A model generated the notes under the pieces. It saw only the letters and a program-made list of their open reading frames with translations, had not been told where the DNA came from and did no database searches. 64,000 nt of DNA from Tubulanus polymorphus (lineage: Eukaryota > Animalia > Nemertea). The position numbers and the translations under genes were made by a program. Location: positions 29,678,299 through 29,742,298 of the forward strand of contig NC_134025.1 in assembly GCF_964204645.1 (NCBI RefSeq), written 5' to 3'. Shown piece after piece: positions 1 through 11,500 of the stretch (position 1 is the stretch's first letter; each line of letters begins with the position of its first letter).

Positions 1-149
1 GCCCATGAACGGTAAGTGTCGAAATATCAGTTATATATATTTCTTTACTTCAAGCAAGTCAAATAAAAGTGGCCACTCGGTAATTTTTTCTGTCTCCTGT
101 GTTTATATTTGTCTCTGTGTCTCTCTTTTTAGTTGCTGATTTGATCTAA
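1..149 (+). CDS. EIF4A3: 3' end of an eIF4A-family DEAD-box helicase, probably eIF4A-III (exon junction complex core); partial, runs off the window start
   Basis: Exon end 1-11 (G CCC ATG AAC G|gtaagt), intron 12-132 with a pyrimidine-rich acceptor (ctctctttttag), last exon 133-149 (TT GCT GAT TTG ATC TAA). Spliced peptide PMNVADLI* is the eIF4A-family C-terminus. AATAAA at 444-449. The paralogue call (4A3 versus 4A1/2) rests on my recollection of a tiny terminal coding exon in EIF4A3. Confidence 0.7.
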
Positions 150-629
150 GATCGCTATGAAGTCATCGAATACGAACACGTGCGTCCGAACTGCATTCCT
201 CACTGACTCCTTTTGTAAATATGAAAATGCATTGGAATTCTTTTCGAAAATCCTGGGATGTTCATCCTCTGTAGATGCAGTGAATGTAAATAGTTTATTT
301 CTTTTATGTATCATGGTGTCGCGATCTTTTATTGATGATATTGCCTCCGAACGGATTCAAAACTTAATTATGATGCTCTTCGCAAACATCGTCGAAGAAT
401 TACTTCAGACATATAGAACATTTTTGTATATGCATTTAGCAAAAATAAACATTTTAATGTAATATATTGAACATGTATGTTATTTAGTATGGGTTTGATG
501 TCCACGTGTGGAAGAGATTCTGATATAAGGAAGACAAAGTAATACTTTTCAAAGTGGAAGATTCCTTGAGTTGAAATGCAGAGTGAGTCATTAACGATCC
601 TCGGGGGCTGCATCACGAATATGAATATT

Positions 630-792
630 TATTACACTCCAACCATTCCCATGGTATATGGAGGAAAAAAACAGTATTTACAAAAACAGTAGATAAAAGC
701 ACTTTGAAACATAACAAACGTTATTTACAACATACTATTTACACACTACCGGAGATATCTATATACATCTAGACCTAATTTGATAAATTTAG
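630..792. repeat. Dispersed repeat, second copy at about 27546-27712
   Basis: Both sites share ttacactccaaccatt(c/t)ccatggtatatggaggaaaa ... tatttacaaaa ... tctatatacatcta. Confidence 0.7.
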
Positions 793-858
793 CCAGTCTA
801 AAGGTTGTAATTTTTTAAACATCAAGATTCCGAAAGGTATCCTTCTTATATCACTATA

Positions 859-1012
859 CCATAAGGTGCTGCCGCTATGCACATCGTTAGCGAGTTTTTC
901 GTACACTAACAGGAGTCGACTCTGGCAATTGTCAACGGTAATTGCCAGAGTTCGTTTCATATTAGTGTATGAAAAATCCGCTAAGGATGAGCAATGTGGC
1001 AGCACCTTATGG
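859..1012. mobile_element. Palindromic MITE, about 155 bp (second copy at 35603-35766)
   Basis: Imperfect inverted arms of about 50 bp: ccataaggtgctgccgctatgcacatcgttagcg... and ...cgctaaggatgagcaatgtggcagcaccttatgg. Confidence 0.8.
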
Positions 1013-1662
1013 AGCAGTCAGGCAGCGCGATATGTTTCTTCACCGATGGATGTGAACAAGACAAGAAGTAATCGTTATTCGTTCATTCCCATGTAAACTC
1101 TTCAGTCAAATTCTAACCCTGACACGAGAATAGAAGATGTCAAACCATTTCTTTGTAAAGATAAAATTTTATTGAAACATGGATTTGCATAGACAACTTA
1201 CAGATATCTAATGTAATCTACAACTATCATAAAATATTACTGGCGCTTCGAATCAGAGTACAAAATTCTTCACAAGAATTCGTTAATTCAACTATATCAC
1301 AGTTCTATTGTAATGTCATGTTGATTTGAGACACCCAATGTCTTTTGTGGAAAATAGATCCAGGATAAATAATATACAGAAAGCTAAGTGAATGAAGCAC
1401 ATGGAAAATATTAAAACAAAGGAAAAAACAATTCTAGAGATCTAAGACTAAGTAACAATAATCATATTCTATATGAGATTACTGAATTCTTATCTAAATA
1501 AAAGAAGATATTGTTCGTAATATATAGACTAGTTTCATAGACGTGAAGACATTATTCAGAAAATATAAAGTCTTTTCTTTTGTTCATTCGTATAATAAAG
1601 TTACGAAAATAATTTGATAACAAGATTCGAAATTAGAGAAAAACCCGAGTCAGTTTGAATGA

Positions 1663-4600
1663 TTACAGCGAGAATTTAGTGTTCACTTCATCGGCGATCA
1701 TTTTACCGATTGCTAATGAAGAAGTAGCTGCCGGCGATGGAGCATTCCGTACATGTATTACCCGTCCGGCTATTTCACCAACTCCCCCATCAAATACGAA
1801 ATCATCGACTAAATTCCCAGCAGCATCTAATGCCTGCGCACGAACACCAGACGATCCCCTGAAAGAGATTGAAATCAACAACGATTTAACAAGTGGAAAT
1901 TTTATTCAGGTTTCTTACAGATCAGGCAATCTAAAATTCCCTCACTAAGTTACTCTCAGCGTGGCCTGTTTCTTATCAATGTGTCAGTCTTGTCACCAGC
2001 AAGAACAACACAACATCAAAAACTAAAATTCCCACACTTTGCCCTGATTTTCAAGAAGAGTTGGAATTCCCTCACTGCCTTGATTTTTCGGACCCTGTTC
2101 AGGATATGATCCTATATCCTACCTAATAACATCAGAAACCTGCAAACTCGGTATGAATCTCTGCAACTGTTTCACTTGCGCAGAAATATTAATTCCGCGG
2201 TACATTTCATCCAGTCCATATGATAAATGCTTGAAAACCAGTTTTCTAAGACCACTGAAATAAAAGGAATCGTACACAATATTCATACACATGCATAGGG
2301 AACACAGGTACAAAATCCCTATGTACATAATGCACAATACATCGATTACAGGTAACATGTTTAAATTCCTGCATACAGAAGGCTCCGCTAAAGTCTGTTA
2401 GAATGCATCCAACTTTAGTGATATCCGTGTTAGATGTTATCTTTTTCACATAGACATTTTAGGCCCTGAGTTAATCAATAATCATCGCGCACGTAGATCG
2501 GATCCAGGCAGTCTACGATAAAATGTATCATAAAACATTCACAGATAAATATCTTACCCGAAACCGATCGCATCTGCGAATTCCTTCGGATGAAAATCTA
2601 AAAGTTTATAGCCTTCTCTTCGAAATGCGAGGACTGCATTCGGACCCAACCAGACGCTACCATCCATTCGAGGTGTAAAGTGAACTCCTAGGAATGGGAA
2701 CTGAGGATTCGGCACCTGAAACAGACAGACAGATGTTTGGAATGAGTATCAATGATTAAATCTAATGTTCTTAGGGCCATTCAAATATTTGCCTCTCTTT
2801 ATACACAGTACCGGTAAACCTGGCCTAGCTTGGACAAAATTGGACGGGAATAATTGGCCTGAAAATACTGAGCTACGAATTAGAAAATACGGTAGGAAGA
2901 CAAAATGATTTTGTTTTTGAAGGAGTTGGTTATGTCTGAGTTAAACGAGGTTCGCACTGTAGACCTTAATATTGTGAAAAGGGTCGTTGAAAATTTGCAT
3001 ATATGAAGTTACAACATAAAGTTACTCACAGGATAGATATTTCCATTCACCATGTTTGACTTTTCCGGCTTCAGTTGAAGATAATCTCCTCTAAACGGTA
3101 CAATTCGTGGTATTGAGTTACAGCCTGATTTCTCCGCTAATTTATCCGAATATAAACCACCGCACGTTAATAAATACTTGCACCTCAAATTAACACCCTT
3201 GAAATATGAATGAATTATACATGAAATGAAGGTAATTTTCAATTTTTAGAAATTTGATCATCAATTTTCGTACTTTTTTATCGATTACTGAGACTGGATA
3301 TTCCGGGTCTGACGACATCTTAAAATTAGCAACTTCGAATGATGTGAATATTTTTCCGCCGCGCTCTTTGAAATTAGTTCCATACGACCGCGATACGAGC
3401 TGCCAATCAACAATACCGGTGTGCGGAGAATGGATCGCCTTTAATCCCTGAAAAAACACGAAATATCTCATATTAAACAATCATTTACTATTAAAGCTCG
3501 AACGACAGTCTAAATGGTAATGAACTGTTGTTCCGGTGACCCAGAGGTAAAGCAATTTGTATTCAGATGAAATATGGTATTCAGGTTTAACAGATGGGCA
3601 TTTCAGAAATTGACCCCATCCTCTGCGTGACATTGACACTTTCACAGCATTCAAAGAACCACTCAGAGAAACCCTGAAACTCTTGGACAACAAATCTTTT
3701 GGTTGAAATGTGAATTTCAGATCAGAGAATTTGAGAGATCTGAATCCGGGAAATATCAGGAAATTTGGGATAGAAACTACTGACGATTATTCTATCCTAT
3801 GATATGATAATTACCAGACAATTTGGTTCAATTTCTCTGATTTCATCAGCTCCAACGTAACGAACATCTTTAACGTTATTTTTCAAAGCTCTGTCCCACA
3901 ATACGTTGAGTCTGGGGATTTCATCCGGTTCTACGGCAACTATCAACTTTAACAATAACAGAAACACGTCAAAAAGCCGCAAAACAAATTATCGGATTGT
4001 TTTTCTTCAGGATTTCAACTGACCTTTCCAACTTTTTTGTAAGGTATATTATTTTCGTTGCAGTATTTATAAGCCAGATCCATTCCTTCGACGCATAGTT
4101 TCGCTTTCAGAGATCCAGGCGTGTAGTATATTCCAGCGTGTATTACTCCACTGTTGTGACCACTTTGATGCATAGCTGAACAAAAAATTCAAACATATTT
4201 ATTCGTAGTACACTAGAAATAAAAGCAATTCATCGGACAACTGCTCGATTTCACAACTAATGTCTTATAATCATTCATGGAATTCTTTTAGGTCTTGATA
4301 TTAATCAAATATCTAAAATCAATACCCTTCCCACTGTCTATGAAAGAAATTGAATACCTCTTATGGATAGTAATACTAAAATCTTTGATCTGACAAGCCC
4401 GTATAATTTGAATGGATTGTTTAATCTTACCCAGGTGTTTCTCTTTTTCAACGACGGCAAATTTAAGATTCGGATGCCTAAGAATAAGTTCTCGAGCCGA
4501 AGCCAATCCAACGATTCCACCACCAACAATAATAATATCATAATCATCATCAGTTGATTTCTTGGTTGCGCTGCTGAAAGTGATGAAAACAACCAAAAAT

Positions 4601-5241
4601 TGAATTACCTGTCAACGGAACTACAGAGAAACATTTTTTGGTACCATAATTGTTCCGGAGGTTCATCCACTTCTTGTAGGTATGATCTTACTGGCAGTGA
4701 CAGAGACAGGATAGTGATGTTAAGCGGAATATGGCTTCTTTCAACAGGGACCTGTCACAATTGATAGTGAACGAATAAAACTAATGTGATCAATGACCAG
4801 CTCCAGTAAGGGCTCTGGTTTTACAGACTGGTATTACCTTTAACCCGGGGCTAACTAAATTCATTTTCAATTCACTTAGCCCCCGTTTAAAGGTAATACC
4901 CGTCTATAAAACAGGGCCCTGTAGTTTTCTTTATTATGTATAGGGATACTGATACTGGACCTGGTCATTATTTGGTTTTATTCATTCGATTCTCTTCTTC
5001 TATCAATCAATTGGAATTGTGACAGCTCCCTCCCTGACCTGCCAGACCCTGCTGGAGCTGCGTTTTTTCACTTTCAGCTCTTTTCCTCGGGATTGTCAGT
5101 CTATATTTACCTGTTGGTCGCATATCTATGTCTTCTGCTTTGCTCGTTTTTTCTTTTGATGCTCAGTAAATGTGAAGTTGAAGCTGCAACGGGCCGAAAT
5201 TGACCTCTAAACTTCACGAAATTAGACACTAAACCAGCCAT
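1663..5241 (-). CDS. L2HGDH: L-2-hydroxyglutarate dehydrogenase, mitochondrial (9 coding exons)
   Basis: Exons 5111-5241, 4431-4573, 4024-4175, 3815-3946, 3274-3447, 3030-3197, 2558-2715, 2123-2254, 1663-1858, all GT-AG. Basic presequence-like N-terminus, FAD motif [13 protein letters not shown], then [49 protein letters not shown] and [22 protein letters not shown] on the - strand at 1168-1173. Confidence 0.95.
1908..2097. mobile_element. CAGGG-terminated MITE family, about 190-250 bp (related copies at about 38885-39131, 41118-41335 and 54533-54730)
   Basis: Shared left end cagg(g/t)ttcttacagatc, internal gtcaccagcaagaa and aaattccct motifs. The best-preserved copies end in gatc(c/t)(g/a)taa(g/t)aa(t/c)cctg. 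No clear TSD. Confidence 0.65.
4810..4920. mobile_element. Palindromic MITE in L2HGDH intron 1
   Basis: Inverted arms gggctctggttttacagactggtattacctttaa and ttaaaggtaatacccgtctataaaacagggccc. Confidence 0.7.
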
Positions 5242-5599
5242 TATTGCCCAGAGACACCGTCAGTAGTCGCCATCTAGCGGCAGATGATAACTCGATAGCG
5301 GGTGGCTCCGATCCCTTAATATCGAATACTGCGAGCACCAAGTGCTCTTGCTCTTAATAGCCACCGTGCAGCATTCCAAACCATCACTAATAAACTAAAC
5401 AGATCTACATAAAGAAGTTTCAATTTACTAGATAGATTTTGTGAAGAAAAACAAGTACTGGGTTTTCAGTTGTGAAAGAGGGAGGTTGGCCAACACACGA
5501 AACACCAACACTCACGTGCCAGTACCAGTTTCTAGTCGCTGTTTCAATCAACACCCTGCGCATATTTCAAGATGGCTTCGTTTTGACCTGGATGATCGG
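5242..5599. promoter_or_regulatory. Bidirectional promoter region between L2HGDH and the CAP-Gly gene, with a CTCF-like motif at 5267-5281
   Basis: Divergent start codons at 5241 (-) and 5600 (+), 358 bp apart. GCCGCTAGATGGCGA on the - strand matches the CTCF core CC(A/G)C(C/T)AG(A/G)(T/G)GGC. Confidence 0.6.
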
Positions 5600-8500
5600 A
5601 TGTTCAGCATCGAGATGAAAACCAGTACTGGCTCGAGTAGCAGTCCACCCTCCAGTGAAGGAGGAGGCGGCAGTTCGTGGGTGAACATTTGGCAAAATAA
5701 TATCAACCTATCAGACATTCAGCTGAGCAGTGAGTATAGCCTGTTGTTTTAGTGAAATCATTTGATTTGTGTGTATTTTGGATTGAAAAATATGATCCAT
5801 AAAAAATGCCTTCCACCTGAGAAATTAGATTAGTACTGTTTTTGATCTATTGAACTCAGATTCTAGTGTGTTGTCATTCAGTAATTATCACACGCTTATA
5901 TCTAGAAGATATCATATAGATAAGATAAAGAAAGTCATCAGGAAGAGATGTGATTAGATTATTGAGGAAATAGGCCAAGCCGCCGATTGTAGTAGCCTAG
6001 TTGGGCTCAGTGACAGTGAATTGGTGCGACCAGGCAGCGGGATTAGTGGATTTTTTTCGAAAGGTCAGAGGTGTGAGCGGCGAGCGTAGAATGTGCAAAG
6101 CCCGGTGGAGGGTCTGCCCCCCAAAAAAATGTTTAAAACTAGATACCGGTACTCCATTTTTAAATGTGGAAGCCGAAGGCGCTTAGATTTCTGTTTTTTC
6201 CACTGTTTTATTAGGCCTAGTTTATTTTTCATGTTATTTAAGAATTTTATCATTTCCTGATTTTTAGCTTCCTGTTTAGGCTTATGTTTTTAACTATATT
6301 CTGTTAGATAAAACAACGCATATTTTCTAACCAAGGCAGTCTTAAATAGGGCAGCTGGATTTTCACTCGATTTTTATATTCGAAAAATTGATCTCGATTT
6401 TGTTAGCCAGCAATGTATTTTACCATTTTCAAAGATTTTGATTTTTTTCCAAAAAAAAAAATTTGAATAAATTTATGTTTTGAAGTTTTTGAAAAATGAA
6501 AAAAAAACATATGCAAATGTCTACGAAAAGTATCATAGGCCTAGTTCCCGCAGACAATGAATTGTCTGGAGGCTTAATCCAAAAATATCGCGTTAACAAA
6601 TAAAAAAACAACAACTAAACCAGTGTCAGTCAGCCCTTCCTAGTTCGATAAGAAGATTTAATATCACATGAATTATGGTTCTTTTACAATTTGACAGAAG
6701 GTAGCTTAAAGCCTGTGTTTGATTGGTCGTCGTAGTTGTTTTCAATAGTGACACAGTGACAATATTCAATGGAGATTTCTATGAAATTTATGCGTACATT
6801 CACAAAAAGCTCTATGCCACCCTGTGCGCGTTGAGCTTTTCTTTTTGAAATAGGGTTTTTGTGGGTACTGTCTACGAGCTTTGACCCAAATGTAATATTA
6901 TATATGAGAGACTCCGGCGAAGACAACGTCCCGGTTGAAAACTTATGTGATTTGTAACGATTTAGGCGTCGATAGTGCCTGAAAATAAATAGTTATCGAA
7001 TATCATGTTCGCGGAATTATTACATGTGTAATGTCTGGATTTATATCGGCGTTACAGTTAAGGCAATTGCCTGGCATCGCGGCGAGACAGGGTATTTTTA
7101 ACGCAGGATTTACCGATTCTAGTGGTGAGTTTAGGGCTATACGGATTAATACAGTCCAACTCGCATTGTCTTAGTTCACATGATCATTATGTGGATGACT
7201 TATCCAAGTAATGACTTACTTATAATTAACCTAGTAATTTGTATTGGAATTGATAAATGGAGACGACTTCAATATTGTGACAATAGTCTAAATAATGACT
7301 TCACTGAATAGAGTGAATTGGAAATATTGACCTGGACTAAAAATGGAGATGACTTCAGTAATAAGATGACTTATCAGATGATGCTAGTGTGATAGTAGTC
7401 ACTAACGTTTCTTTATCAAACACAGGACTTTTCAAGCTGTATCCTCAGTATTATTATAAGTCCTCTCATTTTGAAAGTTTTGTATGAATTCAACCTATTT
7501 CCTTTTCAATTTTGAATTCTATTAATTTCTATTGTTCGCATTAATTGGGTTTTAATCTCGATTCCATAATATCAACATTATTAAAAACCCTCCTCATTTT
7601 GAACCTCCTCATGTAGATTATGCCTATGACTTTCACTTTCGATGTAATCAATCATCTCGCTACGAACTGATCTAAATCAGTTTTTTAGTTCATTTTTTAC
7701 TTAAAATGCTAAAATCAAACTCAGACCTTGCGCAACTCGGAAAGAATGTTACCATTCCGAGAATACCTGTCAAAATAGTAGAGGAATATCTGACGATGCT
7801 GTTTTAAGCGGTAGTTAGTAATCTTAAGATTGATTGACAGCTCGTCTCTATTTTTATCATTAAAATCTCGTTAATCACGAGCAACAAATTAGCCTGAAAT
7901 TCCTGAGTTATGAGTTGAGCATTGTTTCCAACAACTGTTCATTATATAATCCATCAATTAGGCCTAGGTAAAAACAGAGTAAGATTCTCGTTGACTAAAG
8001 GTATTTTTAAATCTTTGTTCGGGCCCAGTTTACTGATTGTCTAAGTAACTTTTCTGTGTCTGTGTCCTTATGGCTCCTTGCTTCTTTAAAATAAAAACTC
8101 CTAAATGGAAAATGCTTTTAAAAGTGCTTGAAACTCCCTTAATTTGAACAAAATGTCCAAAACTGCTTCAATTTTGAGAAATAGGCAATTAGAAATGTTT
8201 GTAGTCATAGGCCTACATAGCTACTCCTAAATCTGCACAGTTGGGATATTGTTTTTATCCTTTTTTAGGCAGTTGCCCAATAAGAAACTGAGTTTATGTA
8301 GTGTAAAGGATAAAAATGTGCCTACAGGACCTTTAAACGAGATAAACATTACCGATTTAGGAGGAATGTAATTGGAATACGAAAGTGATGCTGCTTGCTC
8401 GAGATTTGAAACTTTCTCCTTTAAAACTCGTTGTCTCCGGGAACGACTGATCTGTAGAGCGCCAGTTTCTATAGAATCATTCGAATATATGTAAAATATT

Positions 8501-11500
8501 GTAGGTTACCCGCGGAAAACGGGTAAATTCTGGTTAAGATCGGAATCTCTGTCGTAAGGAAATGACCTCTGTTAGCTTTGATTAGTTAGTGAACCGATCA
8601 GTTTTGTTTTCACAGCGTTGCTACCCTAAAACCTGCGATTTCTATCGCTCCCGGTATTTTTATATCGTGCCAATCCGATTCGATTAAATCATAAGCGCAA
8701 TAAAGTCGGAACTAGTATTTATAAACGGCTAATCATTTAATTAGTCGTATCGATCGATCGGAGAGAAGTGTTCGTGTATTAGGTCACATACGGTATGTAC
8801 GGTACTCTCTCTCTCTATCTCTCTGATATTTTATCAGTTTAGCTGTTGATCTTGAGAGCGAATAGACCGAAGACCTATCTCAGAATGCCAGTAGGAATTA
8901 CATTAGTGGAACAATGGAATAGACCGTATATGAGCCAGGGATTAGACTCGAGCGGTTTAGGAAGATCGACGGGCACGTTGTCTGATGTACCCAGTTTACC
9001 TTCGGTTTCAGGTAGAAATTCGAGACGATTAATGAATTAATATCACGAGATAAAACTTCTCTTAGAAATAGAATACCGCGCTAGAAATGAAAGAATAGAG
9101 TCTGAAAAGTTTCCTCTAGCTTGTAGGCCTATATTCAACGTTCCGACTAGGCCTATCGTAATATACCTCTTCATGAACATTGACTAGCCCTACTAGGAAA
9201 CTTTTTTTCATTCTTAGTGTTGGATTTCATATAATTGTTATTAAACGGACTCGTGGTGTTTAAGGCTTTTTTAGTATTAACTGTACTTAAAAAAAATTGT
9301 ATCGAATTAGTGTACTGTGTGACCTGTAATGTTTGATATCCAGTGACCAGCAAATGACATCTTAGCGCTGTCTATTCCCGACCCTTGTGACAAAAACCAC
9401 TTTATATCAATTGTACAAAATTGTATTTATTCTCGTTTAAAGCAATGTTCTAATTATATATTCCTGGATGGGTTAATTATAGGATTGGGAGTTATCGGAA
9501 TATATTTAACTACGTTCCGAGGATAGGAAACTATATTTTCAGTGATGATTAATTCATTTCGAGTTCCTTGTATTTCTTCATCGGATCTCATTTTCAATGT
9601 AAACTTGTTTTTTTCGTTTTACTCATTCAATAATCTATGAATAGTAAGACCTCATTAGGACGAAGTATCAACATTCGAGTTACTGTATAATATATCTCTT
9701 GAATATAGCTGGAGAAAACACTGGTTTTTAGCAAAAGAATTTTTAAAATAACACTTAGGAATACTGCACCAGCACACTGCTGTGCGTTACTGTTAATCAT
9801 CAATTTATTGATTTGTTTTGATCAGTTTGGACGCATTCCATATAGATATAGTACATAACTAATAATGCAACCATAAATCTGTTATTTAAACCTTTCCGGT
9901 TCCTGCTACTTGTAGATATATTTACTGCCTGCTTTTTAATCCCTTGAAAAAAAATCAGGAAATTCCTCATTTTGAAGGTTTTGTGTACGGGAGATGATAA
10001 TTTCTGTACTGGCGCTGATCCGTTGTTCTTGCGGGGGTTTGCCCAAGACCCTCGGATGTTTTCAATTGCCCTTTTCTGAATAAACTCTTTACTGCCTTCT
10101 TACGTATAATATTATAAACTCCTCTCGCATATTTGAAAGGATTTATAAGTATTCCAACTTGGAAGTGATGTAAAATACATCTCACCCATCTACAAATCTT
10201 CAAAAGCGAAGCCTTACTCCAAATATACCTTTTCACTGATAAATCTTATTGTAGAAAGACCTTCTAAAATAGTGCTCAGATCGACCCCTCTCAGATCGAC
10301 CCCTCTCAGATCGACCCCTCTCTGATCAACCCCTCTCAGATCAACCCATGCTCCTCATGAATGTAAGCAGTTTTCCCATGTTTGATTCATCGTCCGGATG
10401 TTTAATGATAATATCAGTGTTTTTTCGAACACAGTAGGCACAGTGAAAAAGTGGTTTATCTAGTGAAATATCTATCAGCAGCCTTTTTTATCGGTCTCGT
10501 CACTTGATATGATTGAAACTGAAATGGGAAACTAGCTTTCCCCCTGTTTCAATTTTTTCTTTGTTTATCGACATCATTCCAATTTCAGTCTGAATTCGTT
10601 CTTTGATCAGCAACAGTCATAACATTGTTTTTATTCTTCGCGTTTTAAAGAGAGATTTTTAAATGAATTGTTTACAATGATTCATACAGACCAGCAGCGT
10701 GTTGTGTGTTGTGGTGTTGCAGCGTGTCATGTGGCGTTGCTTGGTGTGGTGCGGTGTTGTGTGGTGTGGCAGCGTGTCATGTGGCGTTGCTCTGGGTGGT
10801 GCGGTGTTGTGTGGTGTGGCAGCATGTCATGTGGCGTTGCCTGGCGTGGTGCGGTGTTGTGTGGTGTGGCAGCGTGTCATGTGGCGTTGCTTGGCGTGGT
10901 GCGGTGTTGTGTGGTGTGGCAGCGTGTCATGTGGCGTTGCTTGGCGTGGTGCGGTGTTGTGTGGCAGCGTGTCATGTGGCATTGCTTGGCGTGGTGCGGT
11001 GTTGTGTGGTGTGGTGTGGTGTGGCAGCGTGTCATGTTGCGTTGCTTGGCGTGGTGCGGTGTTGTGTGTTGTGGTGTGGCAGCGTGTCATGTGGCATTAC
11101 TTGGCGTGGTACGGTGTAGTGTGGTGTGGCAGCGTGTCATGTGGCATTGCTTGGCGTGGTGCGGTGTTGTGTGGTGTGGTGTGGCAGCGTGTCATGTTGC
11201 GTTGCTTGGCGTGGTGCGGTGTTGTGTGGTGTGGCAGCGTGTCATTTGGCGTGGTGCGGTGTTGTGTGGTGTGGCAGCGTGTCATGTGGCGTTGCTTGGC
11301 GTGGTGCGGTGTTGTGTGGTGTGGCAGCGTGTCATGTGGCGTTGCTTGGCGTGGTGCGGTGTTGTGTGGTGTGGCGTCGTTTGGTAGTGCAGATTTCTCG
11401 GGTGTCCAATTATGCAATAAGAACAAATTCAAACTATGCTGGATGCTAAATATAATATCTGGGGATACTTTCAAAATTTGGGGACCACCGACATATTTTC

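Noticed and set aside
129-616. ORFs 129-314, 157-462 and 368-616
   Set aside because: They fall in or next to the 3' UTR of the eIF4A-family gene, with no motifs or splice support.
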